A program made the position numbers and the translations under genes. From Dimorphilus gyrociliatus (taxonomy: Eukaryota > Animalia > Annelida), in contig CAJFCJ010000005.1 in NCBI GenBank assembly GCA_904063045.1, positions 1,937,988 to 2,001,987 on the forward strand: 64,000 bases of DNA, given 5' to 3'. The notes under the pieces are model-generated. The model searched no databases and was not told where the DNA came from. It was given only the letters and a program-made list of their open reading frames with translations. Within the stretch, counting starts at the first letter, position 1, and each line of letters starts with the position of its first letter. Positions 24,468 to 38,030 of this stretch are shown here, piece by piece.

Positions 24468-25602
24468 TTAATGTTGCACAAGACCCATTGAAGAAGGTGG
24501 GCAAAATGACGTTGATGACGTTACTTTCGCGGAAGATTGCCCTGGGACTGTGAAAGGCAAATCTGTTGAATTGGTCGGTATTGTGGTGTTGGAGTTATTG
24601 CAAGAGTTGTTTTTAACGTCCGTTGAATTTTTATTGTCTGAAAAATAAATTCAAAATTATTATTTAAATAAACAGTTGAATTATATTTTAATAAATGATA
24701 TAAACATTGATAAGCGATTTATTGAGAAAGATATCTAAAGATACCAACCAGAATTTGACGCTTCTTCCTTGACCTTTACCTTGGACGATTTAGGTTTCCT
24801 CTTTCTAGTTTGTATACCCTCTTTCTTCATCGCTAACGGACGGTTAATCTGTTATAAATAAAAAATATATACTTTATTAGCGAATTGACAAGGTGGGCGT
24901 TGTTAAGACTTGTTTACTTACACCGTGAAGTTTGAAATATAAACCACATGCGTTGCAGACCGGTTCACCTTCGGGGTTCCTCCTCCAGAGTGTTGTCTGA
25001 GTTGTATGGCAATTGGCACATGAGAGGCCTATCCTCCTTGAACCGCTTAAACGTCTCTGAGGCTTTAAAAGTGGCCTACTTAGACCATTCATCTTATGAT
25101 ATAATCCACATGCGTTACACAAATAATGTCCTGTCCCATCCCTTCTCCAAAGTGGTGTCGAAATGGCACCACAGTTGGCGCACTCTCTACCCTCGCCAGC
25201 ATAATAATCGGCGTCTAATGGGTAAGCTCCAGCTGCCGATCTATTTAGAGCTTCCAGTGAATGCGATTGATAATTCCAAGCGTTAATATCGGCGTGCATA
25301 GGAGAGTAGGCAGAATAGGCGAAAGATGTAGGATGTGTGTGAGCTAAAGGCCCATAAGTTCTGGGAACAGTTGGTGACGACGTAGACGGTTGTGTTGCTC
25401 CATAAGTACTGGCAGAATCCTGTGCGGCAGGCCAAACGTTTGGCGCTGGAGCAGCAGCATATTGTAGACGACTAGCGTACATAGAACTTGCCGATGTAGT
25501 TGAAGCGACATTACTAAAAAATGGTGGCGTCTCTCCACTATATGAAGAATGATTTCCTGCGGCGGCAGTTTGCAAATGGGAGTGTAAGGCGTTTTGAAAC
25601 AT
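24468..25602 (-). CDS. GATA456: GATA4/5/6-class transcription factor, paralog B (middle copy)
   Basis: Exons 25602-24922, 24848-24749 and 24637-24468. Canonical [62 protein letters not shown]...[16 protein letters not shown]|[20 protein letters not shown]. Confidence 0.96.
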
Positions 25603-28509
25603 TCTGTAAAATGTATATAAAAGGATATTATTTCAAAGACATTTAGTTTGTTTTTACAATTCGATTCCTAATAGGCGTAACCGTAACTTCCTCCTTCATA
25701 AATTATCGTCCGATAATATTTGTAAAACCAATGAAATAACAAGTAATAGCACAAAAGTCATCTTACTAGAGAGACCTATCAAACAGTCCAAAACAACGTA
25801 AATATTATCGTGCGTAATATCCCACGCTATTAATCCACTATACGAGCTAATCCGATATTTTATATTATTTGAAAAATATATGTTAAAATACACACTTATC
25901 ATAATAGAAACCTGCCATTTCTTAGCATACCTATGTAATTTATGATATGCAAAAATTAGCGGTCAAACAACAACAGACTCTTGTCTACAGGCCGTTATTT
26001 AATGAATCTTTTGTAGAAGTTATTGAGAGATAAAGATTTGAGTATTGTAACGAATAGCAATGCTTAAGAGTTAGGGATACTATTAATAAGCATATTGTTC
26101 TATTTATTGATTATATAACTATAGTACAAAATATTAGTTAATGTAACTACTATTTTCGTTCTTATTCTCTCTTTTCGATCTCATTCGCTAACTCTCTTTC
26201 TCTCTCCCTCTCTCTCGCTGTCTCTTTTTCCTTTCAGAACGATACTACTTTTTGTTTAAAGAAAAGGAAAGTAAAGGTTGAAAGTCACTGCAGATTTATA
26301 CTATTTTGCAGATGGGCATAACACTGTAAATATTGATTCGAATGATTCCTTATCAATTCCGACGTCCAATCACCAAAGGTCGTTTGCGATAATTTTTATC
26401 AAGCGCTAGTGATAAGCCGAACCTAGGCCTCTCGTCTTCAACCCCGAGCGATAAAAGGAGGGTAGCTATCGACGGATAACAAAAAAATTCTTTACAGACC
26501 TGTCTTATCTTACATAAGATTCTCGAAGAAAGCAATAATGAGAACGCCTATCTTGGATCAAGCAGCACCTTGGTCAAACGTACCAACTGATATCTTGCTC
26601 TGATAAACCACGCTCACTCGGGCATTCGTGCCTCATGCACCGCCCACTTCCGGCGTCAGCCTTAAATTCTATTTACTGATTCGTCGACCGATTTGAGGTT
26701 ATGGGCGGAGCTAAAATGAAATTGCTGTTTATCCTCTAATATGTTTTCGCTCTTCGTTGTTTTTTTTGGGTTTTTTTCCCCTACTGGAATAGGATTTGTT
26801 TTGTAACGAACGACTCTAGGGAAAGTGTTATCGTTCCGTTTTCACAAACAAAATTTATTGACCTCTCTGTTCCTCGAAATTTCCTGCCATAGTCGTTTAT
26901 CGGAGTAATTACAGACTCGAACTTTTACTACCCTAATCTAAGTCCTAATCTTGTTTTGGCGTACGTTCTCTTGATATAGGATCGTGCTGTTTGTACAAGA
27001 TTCGTAAACTGTTATTTTTCTCATCAAATTCGCTATCTTTGCTCATTAATAACGCGTAAAGGCTCACAGTACGTATACGAGGCATCTTAATTAATCGCAC
27101 GTTTCACCCGAGGTATAGCAACGCTCTATAGTTGCAAACAAATACCATTATTTGCCTAACGTATTGCAAGAAACTTCAAAGCTTAAGCCGCTAAACGTTA
27201 TCTATTGCGAATATTGGCTCAATACAGCTTGTAGACTTGGCGAGAACAAGCGTTCTTTTGTCTTTGCAATCTTCAGATCACGACCGGCATTAGCGAAAGG
27301 TGCTAGGGACTCGTGGCCCTGATGCCGACGCCTGATAGCTATGTTTCTACAGCAATTTCCGTTTCTTTTCCCCGTTTTCCTAGTAATCGTTTAAGAACGA
27401 AAGTGATCGCAGACAGCGAAGGTAGCCGAAGGATAAGGAAATTACAAAAAAAAGATAACTTTAAAAATCCCTTGGGCTTTTTACGCAAATGTCACGTGAT
27501 TTGTACAACAACCCCCAAAACTATCGAAATTTATCAAGGAGTACGAGACGAAGACCAGATCCGCAATCTCTGGCGTTTCAGGTGTATTTTGCGCGTGCCG
27601 AAAATTTGTTATCGGTTTCTTTCTTTTTTTTGTTTCTTTTTACTCTGTTTCTCTGTGTTCTCTTTTTTTTTCATGGACAACAAATAAACAAACAAACAAA
27701 TAAAATTAATAGTGTCTCTCAATATAATAAAAAATCACAGTTTCAACATTATACACAGAGAGGGAAGGAAATATAAACGTAAAGAGCAGCAAGGAAAATA
27801 GTAATAATAATAATAAAAAAAAGGTGGAAACAGGTGCGTTTTTCACCGATCACAGAAAAATACACTCGTTGATCACAAAGTATATAAGCTTTTTTTTCGC
27901 AATATTATGTTTACAGAACCAAAAAACCTATATTTAGCACCAAAAATCAGTGACTATGGACTAGATATAGATTATTCATACATTTATTTAAAAACAATGC
28001 ATATATGAACACATTTCACATATACACATGTATAATCCTTGCATTATGGACGACATCTGCTTAACCAACGAATATATATATATATATAGAACATACACAA
28101 ATAATATATATATATACTTAATTGTCAATTTAATTTTTTTTATTTCAGAAAAAATAAGAAAAAACAAAATTTTTTTGGAATGTATACGAAAAACAGGCAT
28201 TTTTTTTAATAGTATGAATATTTCTTTGATGCATTCTACACTTTTTAAAATATTATTAAAAGCGCAAAAAAAACAAGTTTTCAGAAAAAAAGTAAAACAC
28301 TGTTTTGTACGACTCGATGATAATATAGACAAGGCAAGTAAAAGGCCGTCAGAATACTGAGCAAATATATAGAATTTTTATAAGGAAAACAAATTGGAGA
28401 AGGTTTAAAAAAAATGGAGGAGACAATATTGACCGATAAAACACACAGTGCCATCTATCGGTTTTACTCTTAACAAATATTTTGTTTAAAGAAAACTTTT
28501 TCTTTTCGT

Positions 28510-31500
28510 TCAATGATTTTCCTGTGGTGCCATTGTCGCTTTTATATCGTTGTCTTTTTTCGAATTGTCTACGGGTATGGTATGAGGAGGTGGATCGTAA
28601 TAAAGTTGGCTACTTTGCATAGATTGTGCTCCAACCATATCCGAGTATGGTCCCATTCCGGGCGGATGATATTTATCTGCATGGTCCAAATGGGCTGATG
28701 CAGCAGCAGCCCCTCCGGCTGTACCTCCTCCGGTTATCATACTCGATTGCCCTTGACCTGACGCCTTTTTATCCGATTTCGAACCTTTAGGCTTCCTTTT
28801 CCTCGTCTGTATACCGTCTTTTTTCATAGACATAGGTCTGGCTACGCCATGAAGTTTGTAATACAACCCACACGCATTACAAACCGGTTCGCCATCATTA
28901 TTTCGACGCCATAGCGTCGTTGTTACAGTCTGGCAATTTGCACATTGCAGTCCAGATCGTCTGCCATTCGTAGGCGGCTGTTTAATAGAAAAAAAAATTC
29001 AATTCATTAGTAATAGTTTTAATATTTAAATGGGATAAAAAGAGATTAGTAATATTATATGTATATATTGAATTTAGTGGTTTTGAACATACTTGAACGT
29101 TTTAACCGCATATTCAATATATACTTGCCAAGAATATTTTAAGATCAAAGAGAAAGCAAGCAGAAAGAATTATAACGTTAATATTAGAAGAGAAAACACA
29201 ACACGTGCAGCAAGCGGAAGGTGAGAAGGTTTTAAAAATAGGTTAAACTATTTGCTAGAGAAAAATATATATAAGTTCTCTTCGGCATATATATAAGGTT
29301 GGATAAGTAATCTAGGTATATACCCATATATATGTTGATATATACATATAGACATATATACCAATATTTATGTGCTACACGTACATTTTGACGTATTGCA
29401 TGAATAAATATTCTTTAGTGGATATATAAAGAAATACATATACATATATATATATATGTATATATATAAATCTTTTAACATGGGATAAGAATTAGAGATT
29501 ACAGCCGACTACATAAATATATATCCTTCTCATTCGAAAATACTCACCACCCGCTTGCCGATAGGTGGCGAAGGTTGGGACGATTTCTGCTGCAGAGGTC
29601 GGTGCGCGCCATTCATTTTGCTGTATAATCCGCAAGCATTGCACAAATAATGGCCGGTGCCGTCCCGACGCCATAAGGGCGTCGAAATTGCTCCGCAATT
29701 TACGCATTCCCTCCCCTCGCCATATAAGGGTTCTTCGGCGGCTGGAGCCGCTCCAGCTGTAGAAGACGCTGTTTAGGGAAAAAAGCAAGGCGAAATTTAG
29801 TAAAGCGGGGAAGCGTTTTTTTACGAACCGTTCGATTAGTTCGATGTGAACCTAGTCTATTCTGCGGCGTCTGGTCGACGGGATCGGCCATGTAGGACGC
29901 CGGGTACATCGATGAAGTACCTGTTTTTTATTTTTATAGATGAAATTTATCATTATATACAATTTTGTACTTATTCGTCAAGTATAATATATATGTATAT
30001 TATATATGTTATATGCACTTGGATGTATGACTATTTATAGAAATGCAATTTAGCCTATATATATATATTGAGTGATATTTTTAAGCAACAAGAGCAATGT
30101 GAACAAACATCTTCTACCTAGCCATTGTCACACCTTATCTATCCATTATCTGAGCAAAGAAAGTCTAAGATAAAGACTTCTTTATCAAACAATCTCTAAG
30201 CTACTGATAAGATATAGGCAGTTGCCTCGTCATGCGATTGAGTGAGAATGATACGCATAAACCTATCTCACAAGCCTCGTCATCTCTTAGCTATAATACA
30301 AAAGTATTGGCCTTAAACCATGTTCCTCTTTAAAGTACCAAGCGTATAAAACTTATAAAAAGTTATAAAAAGTAATTAAAATTAAGAGCTACATTAGGGA
30401 ACTTTTTAAAACAATAGGCCAAAGGAATGGGCTCGTGAGCGCAAACAGGAAAAGAACAAAAGGCCCGTGTTGACACGTTTACAATGACAGACAGTTGTTT
30501 GAAGTGGTGCAGAGCGTGGTGCTACAACATGCTGCTTTGAGAGCTTAGTCAACATTCGATTCTGGACTTTGAACGCGGCAGCCTGATAAGAGGCAAAAAT
30601 ACCGCCCGTCTGACGTCAGCCATATTCATTCATATTGTTTTCGTATTATAAAGAAAGAGATTTCAATAAAACGTTCGTTTTCGAAACGTTTCAAAGACTT
30701 TCTTTATCCGCTAATTATATTGTTTAAAATTTGTTTCTCGGCTCTTGTTATCTTTTCACTTAAACCTATTAATTGGGATTAGATGTCGAGTGGGTGGAGG
30801 TGAGGGAGGACTGTTGAAGAGACCCCTAAAGGGCTCGTTCTTATATTTACCACTCGCGTCGTTTGAACCCGTTATAGCGCCGTGTAAACGACCGCCTTTG
30901 TTCGACTTTGTTGGCTAAATCAACTGCGAACGGCCGGTACTTGACGCTTGTAACACGCTTTGTTTTTCATCACTCACCCGATGTAGGCCTACCGGTCGTT
31001 GGCAGATACATGCCGGACTGCTCGTATCCAGAGGGTCTGTAGGAAGGGTAGCCCGTCGGTGTCGAAGATATCCATGGATGGTGTGCTGGCGGATATTGGG
31101 CTGGTCTACCGGGTGCGGGATACGAAGGGTAAAGGGTTGCCTGAAACAAGCCCTGCTCCGTAGTATAGTTTGCCTGTGGATAGGTCAAAGCGTTTGTTCC
31201 CTGTTCGTTTATTGTAGTTAAGGTAGCTAGGTGGGTAGTCGAAGGGAGACCAGTCTGGTTAAGATCGTGGAAAAAGCTGTCCACCTCCTCCGGACCTTGT
31301 AGGGGTAGGGAATGTTGTGGATGTGAGACGATCGGCGAAGGATAAGATGTACTATTCACTGGCTGTAGTAAGACCATCTGCTTCGTCTCTTCAGCCGCCG
31401 CCGAAACGACATTGCCGTTTTCCTCTTCAGTATTTGTTTGTTGCTGTTGGACATCCTCCCGAGGGACGTCTGCAGACGTTCGTTCCTGATTTGATGAATT

Positions 31501-31512
31501 TTCGGATTCCAT
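28510..31512 (-). CDS. GATA456: GATA4/5/6-class transcription factor, paralog A (upstream copy)
   Basis: Exons 31512-30978, 29920-29852, 29768-29548 and 28977-28510 are in phase. N-terminal motifs PEEVDSFF and MYLPTTGR (like VYVPTTR of GATA456), two GATA fingers and IQTRKRKPK. Confidence 0.95.
30135..30210. promoter_or_regulatory. Cluster of five WGATAA sites in the GATA-A intron (candidate autoregulatory enhancer)
   Basis: TTATCT at 30135 and 30146, AGATAA at 30168, TTATCA at 30182, TGATAA at 30205. Confidence 0.45.
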
Positions 31513-32698
31513 GGCCGTCGATCGGCCGCAATTGAATATTTTATAAATAGGAATGTTGAAGTGACTCGGTCTGGCGTCCGCTCACTGAGTGCCGCTGGCA
31601 CTGAAAAACAATTCATATTCTTCAAAAACATGCATGCAAAAATATTATTCAAATTAAAATGTAAGAATATATTCTTTAATACGTTAAAAGAAAGATAGAA
31701 AATAGACCATACGGTGTTATGGCATAAACTATGCTTTTCTCCCAGTAATTTATAACCGGACGACTGAAAAACAAACAAAAATCGGGACCGCCGCTTTGGA
31801 CCGAGTTGGGATTTGGCTCTACGGAAAAAAAAAACACTTGATTTTCTCTACGTAACTCGATCGGCGACAAACTTGGCTCGGTCGGGCGGAAATTTAGTCG
31901 TCGTCGTTTTAATTAAAAATTCGTCCCGTTGCTCCACCTACATAGGAAACGGGAGGCGGCAAGATTTCTTCCAAAGGGACCGTGTCTACGTAAATATCCT
32001 TAGAGAAATTGAGTAAGAGGGAGGCGTTAAAGGGTTCGTTTACACGGTGGCTTTTGATCCGTTCTATTGCCACTCTAAGGTGCTTTATAGGTATATACAC
32101 ATATCTATTATAAACTAGGTATACATATATTTGCAACATAAACGGATATAAAGCTATGCACGAAACCGAACCGTCTTTAACTGGATAGGGAGGGGAGCTT
32201 AAAGTAAAGTGGGTAGAGGGTAAGAAAGAAACACATATAAAAACCAAGACAAAAAAGAAGACGTGAAGATTGGCAAATACGGAGAGAAAAAAGAGCAAAA
32301 CTAACTATTAGAACCGTCTAAAGGTAGGTTTTTTTTATGGCGTCCAGACTGTCACGTACTTACAGGTTATTGCTGTTATCCGCATGAGGAAAGCCGTAAT
32401 GTTTTCTCATACAAAAAAAGATCAGTACTCTTTTTTCAGTTGAGAATTTTTGAATGAGAAAAAATGGCGATAGGGCAACGAAAATGAATTTTCGTGATAA
32501 AAACCGTTATATTGAGAAAATCCGTTGAGAATATGCTAAAAGAGAGCTGCTCTCTCTAGCACAGTTGTAAACCAAATGATACGGCGAGCAGGAAGATATG
32601 GGGAAAAGATACGAGTTATCAACCGACTGAAATTACACCGAACTTTATTGTTACCAAACACCGATATTCTATCTTGCGCAAACCTACAGAATTACGGT

Positions 32699-32895
32699 AG
32701 ATAAGATAGATAGCGCCCGGTCTAGCTGATAGGAGGCCGTATAGACTATTCGCCTGGAAGGGTAACGTGAGACGAACGATAAGAGATAAGAACAACTCCG
32801 CTTACCTGCTGCGGCGTATGCTAGAGTAACTGGAGCAGATGTGCCCTAAGCGCCAGCTGTTGTCCTCGGCCATTTCTGGCCATTGACCAATCAGG
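32699..32895. promoter_or_regulatory. GATA-site cluster and CCAAT box upstream of GATA-A (candidate promoter / non-coding first exon)
   Basis: AGATAA 32699, AGATAG 32704 and 32708, TGATAG 32727, AGATAA 32784. A minus-strand donor-like CAG|GTAAG lies near 32805, and GACCAATCAG near 32886. Confidence 0.45.
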
Positions 32896-34860
32896 ATCGA
32901 GTATTAGTTTCGGGCTTTGCGCACTGCGCTCCTCCCCCTTTACCGCTTCTCTTTTTCTATTAAAACCCATAAGAAAACTTTACTAATTTCAAATATAATA
33001 CACCCGACTGCAATAGATATTTCAATAGTCCTGTATATTCTTTTTATCTCGAAAATTTTCTCCGATAAATAAAAACGGTAGATAATCAGCAATAAACTCT
33101 CTGGCAGTTAGATAATTAACTATTACAGTATATTCCTCTTAAATTATATAAAAATACTTTTACGCTTTAGCAGGCTCATTAACAATGTTAATTATCCAAA
33201 TTAAATATTCAAATGAGCATTAAAAAATCTGAACTCAGTCTATTGAAAAAATGAAATGGTATAAAAAAAAGAAAAAAAAAAACAATCCACCGATTTTCAA
33301 CGATCGTAAAAACCACCCGAAAACTCTACAAGTACGAATAAAAGTATCATATCAAGTCCATCATTAAAATTATGCGACCCGCAATAAAATTTTACGGCTT
33401 TGCAGCCTGCTCTTGTTATACATTTGTTTTTGCCGTGTTTACACCACGTATATATATTTGTTAACCGTAAAATTAGACACGATACGCGAGCTTACAAACC
33501 AAGTCTAGGGGGCGTTGAAGAAAAAAAAAGAAAAGAGAATGATAAATACATGTAGAGAGAGAGAGAGCGAGAGAGAGAATTTGCTCCAGTAATAAATGGT
33601 ACAGTGTTTACATATATTAATAAAAGTGGGAAGAGAAATTGACGTTAGCGACAATTAATAAATAGACTAACTTATCTATAATATTAATATTAATTAATAT
33701 AAATAGTACAGTCTTAGTCTTGAACGCTGAACAAATTTCAAGAGGTAATAGGCCTATTTTGATTTTTTTTTATCATTTGTGTTGATATGAGAATTGTAAG
33801 CTACAGAAAAATTGTTTACACGCACTGATGCATTTTAGCAACGATGATTATAAATGGCGCCTACACGTTTACACATGTTTATGCTAATTATTTCCAATAG
33901 TTAAAAGTGAATTAATGATATGGAAAGAATAAACAATTTGTAATTTAAGCAGACGAAACAAGAGAAGGAAAAAAATAAATCGTATTTAATGCTACTGTCG
34001 TATGAATATTATCTTGATACTTTTTAAACGTCTGTATTACGATTAGACGAATACAATCTAACGTTACGATCCTCGATAATATCATATGATTAGTTTATTT
34101 ATATGTTTTAATGTTTTTCTATTGTCTTCCTCCCCATTTATTATCTCTTCTTTCTATTATTTTTTCTTTTTCTCTCTTTCTCTCTCTCTTCCTTTCTTCC
34201 GCTTTCTCACTATCACAACTTTTACCGCCTACACTTTTGTCTCTTTTTCCTACAATAAATTGTTTAATCTAAATCGACTAGAAGCTTTGTTTTCTTATCC
34301 TATAACTTTAAAATCTCGTTTTGCTTTCCTCGTCAGCGCCATCTATTGGTTCCGATAAGAGAGTAAGATCTTTTCCATTAGATTAATAATCACTTTGTCG
34401 GTAGAATTTTCTCAGATAGCTTTTGTTTTTATTTATATATTTATATTATGATTAGCATTACTATATACATATATACTTTCTCCAATCTAACATCTGAATG
34501 AAAACTGTCTTAAATTTATCTCAAAAACCTTATTATCGCTCCCTAACTAATATACAATATTTGTAATTAATTTATCAGAGATTTATAATCTTTGTAACAA
34601 ATAGAGATTTTCTTGTCGCACCCTTTTAACTTTTTACATTTGATCAAACAACAGAAACTGTGACGTAATTTATTATGTGAATTAATTAGTTATTAGCCAA
34701 ACTTGGTGAATGTTAAGTTAAGCTGATCCAAGTAACAAGAACGAACGTGATGGTTAGAATTTGTAAAGAGAGAAAGAAAGGGCTACAGAGAAAATTTTGA
34801 CAGTGAGAAGAAGATAAAAAAAGAGGGATGGAAGGAGATAAGACAACAAAACAGACAGGT

Positions 34861-34912
<52 letters not shown>
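34861..34912. repeat. (GA)n microsatellite
   Basis: Uninterrupted AG run of about 45 nt. Confidence 0.9.
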
Positions 34913-34918
<6 letters not shown>

Positions 34919-34951
34919 ATAAAAAAGAGAAAAATAGTCAATTAAGAGATT

Positions 34952-35022
34952 TTGATACACAAATCCACTTTAAAAGAACCGCCAACATCCGATAAAAAGA
35001 GCTATAAAGTTGTAAACGAGAC
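34952..35022 (+). repeat. Copy 1 of a ~70-bp dispersed direct repeat (copy 2 at 38974-39042)
   Basis: Hand alignment gives 62 identical positions of 71 (7 mismatches, 2 gaps). Confidence 0.8.
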
Positions 35023-35119
35023 TAGCTTGGTAATTTCTTTCTTTTAATATAAATTAGGTTTTGTGCAAAAGAGAGATTATTCCAATTTGTCACAACTTGA
35101 ACATGTTTTCTTTAAATAC

Positions 35120-35159
<40 letters not shown>

Positions 35160-37099
35160 CTATATAGATATATACAGTATATATAATCCATTGTAGCTTG
35201 TGTTGATAAAATTATGAATTATCATCAACAATGGAAGAAAAATGAAAACAGATTCATATAGTATAGGATTGAAATGCTCATATATAGGAAGATGTAACTC
35301 ACTTGACATTTATTATTGAAATACCTGTACTGCTCATCTTGTATGCATTTCAATAGGATTGTATTATATGCAGTTAGCAACCTAGATTTTTTTTATTCCT
35401 TTACGACAAGTATAATTCGGCGGTTGTCGTAAAAGAATAATATCACCTGGTTGAAAAATGTCGTTCTATATTTATCTTCGGTCTCTCTTACTCGCTCTCT
35501 CCATCTCTCTTTCCTATATCGTTTGCTTCCTCTCTTTACACACCGACAATTAACTAATCGGTACTTTTTACTTTGTTTTCATATATATTTTAAACTAGAT
35601 GAAGAACAAGCAGATAACTTTGATCTAAATTAAACTCTACGAACTTTGTAATACTCATGAGGTGGTTGTAACTTTATAGTTTGTATAGTTTGTACAAATC
35701 TGTTAGGATATAAACATACGGTGTAACTCTATAGCATCAAATAATTTTAAATTAAGTTAATTAATGAAATTTCTTTGCTGCTTTTCCTGCTTTGCAGGTA
35801 AAGGGAAGCTAAGAGGAAAAGTTTTATCAGGTTTTAATATTAACGTTAGTCAAGATGTAAACCGTTGTATACATATATATATATATATATATATATAAAT
35901 ATTTCTTCGTCGCTTTACCTGATGCTTTTGCTGTACCAATTTTGACCAGCCTATACCAGTAACTAACACGTGTTGGTGACTGTTTAGATTAGTTTTAAAA
36001 AAAAAAGACAATGACACATTACCTCAGGTGATCATATATTAACATCTAATCATGTTAATACATTTATTCAATTACCTTGTTGTATTATCGATAGTATTAG
36101 ATTATTGAGTAATAATTAAAAACTTTCATTTTTTACGAATGTATCTTTAATCTTACCTTTTTTTGATAAACTGAATTAAAATTAAGATATTTAGTATCCA
36201 AAGATAACCAAAAATCTTTTATTAATTAGGACCATTACTATTTAATGCTTTTAGCTACTTAAAAGATAACTGGTATAGAAACCTAGAAGCCAGTTTTCAG
36301 GCTGAAAGATGTTAATTTAAGTGTTAAGATTACCTGATGTTTTCCAGATAAAGGAATAAAAATCAGAGAGAGAGAAAATATCAGCCATTTTGATCATGAA
36401 TTTTCCTTGTTTTCTTAAACCTATACAGGTTTGACATTAAATAATTAAGCAATAAGTTGAAAACCTATGGAAATTTGCAGCTTATGCTATTTGTTCTACG
36501 TTTAGCTTTATCTTTATTGTCCTTATAATATATCTAGATCAGTGTTTTATTGTTTTTGTGTTTATTTTATTTAACTGATATTACTGATAGAAGAAATATA
36601 AGAGAAATGTCCTGATGATAATCATTTTTATTGTTGATCAGTAGCTCCCTTAACAACCTTGTATAATAATTAAAAATCTTAGTGTTTAGATATTAAAATA
36701 TTAAAAGGCTTAGATATGGTATATCTTGAATAAACTGCTTTCTATTTTTTTTTAGCATTTACAAGAGCATTTATATACAATAGTAAGAGATTAGTATGTC
36801 TTCTGTTAAAAAGTAGAAATGATAGAGTGATTGCTTTTTGTTTGTAGCGTTTGGTAACGAGAGTTTTATCTTCAATTCTTTTATATTAATTCTTATTAAC
36901 GAATGAATAATAAGAATAATTTATTAAGCGAGTTGTTTATGTAGAAAGAATTGAAAAATCTCTTATTCTAAAATTCGTTGTTTTATCATATAGTGGTAAA
37001 ATATTTCTTACAAACTATGCTGTTTGTTTATATTCTTTCTTTTGTATTTTTTCTACCTTTTCCATTGTAAACTACTCTTTACCTTTTCTTATCAATTAT

Positions 37100-38030
37100 T
37101 AATCAAGTAACCTCAGATATCTGATAGCAAAACCAATAAGGGATAAGCTAGCTTAACTTTATTTCTTGGTATCTTATATCATTTTCTTTGTATCATTGTT
37201 AGTGTTTTTAGCAATGGTATCAGATATTTAGAAGAGGATAAACTGTATTAAACGATTTAAATGTTTAGTTTGTGAATTGTTTTAGATATAAAGTTTTATT
37301 GTTTCTATCATTTTTTGAACTGAAAATAACAAAAACCCAATTGTAGGCTTAATTTACCCTAATCGTAAACAGATTATATATAAATAGAGCTATAGAGCCA
37401 TTACATTACCTTCTGGAATGTGTCTAGATAAATTAGGGAATTTTAAGAATGTTTGTCAAGCTAAACTCTTGATTAATTGTTTATAATACCACAGTTTATC
37501 AGTGAATTTTTCTTTATTATCTTACCCAAGATAGACTGTTGTTATTCTCGTACAGTCCTTAGGGAATTTTTGAGAATTTAATGTATTAGTAAAATGTAAC
37601 TTTTCCTGTTACAAATAAACAAATATCCGTTTCAAATGGTAAAAGGAAACCAGACTATTGACAGTTTATATAAACCTAGTTTTGAAAAAAGTACAAACAT
37701 CCAGCGTGAAATATCACTAACATAAATCTAGTAAAGCAAACATTTAATGTGAGATTTTTTATTATGTCAAAAGTTAGCATAAACCCTAAAATAATAGACT
37801 TTATAACCCTTTAACTTAATTAGGGCATTTTTATCTCTTAGATATGAAAATTATAAATTAGTCAAATTGTTTACGAATAGTAATTCATTTTCCCCTAGGC
37901 GGTTGTAAATTACCTGCAATTTGTTATATTTGTTATAAAACTAGTTTATGCTAATTAGTTCCAATCATTTAATATAAATAAATGATAATGGAAAGTATCG
38001 ACACTGTTTATAGACTTGAAAAAGAAATAG
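37100..38030 (+). mobile_element. Possible heavily decayed non-LTR retrotransposon (LINE) reverse transcriptase remnant
   Basis: Fragments in mixed frames appear in the expected RT order: YRAITL (cf. YRPISL), KYPFQMVKGNQTIDSLY (cf. QYGF.KGKSTIDA), L-SKA (cf. DLSKAF), INPKIIDFI (cf. GI..KII.WI), PLGGCKLP (cf. PQGS.LSP). Many stops and frameshifts; weak. Confidence 0.33.

Noticed and set aside
27313-27776. Two overlapping + strand ORFs (124 and 95 aa) between GATA-A and GATA-B
   Set aside because: No recognisable domain, tails run into T-rich low-complexity sequence, and they lie antisense in probable regulatory/UTR DNA.
31356-32298. Minus-strand ORFs upstream of GATA-A (140, 64 and 129 aa)
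   Set aside because: They overlap the GATA-A exon in another frame or lie in its 5' intron/UTR, with biased F/L/I composition and no domain signal.
35300-36350. Several strong minus-strand donor-like sites and one exon-like segment (~35915-35985) suggesting a hidden spliced gene
   Set aside because: I could not chain them into a consistent reading frame or recognise a product. A lncRNA cannot be excluded without RNA data.
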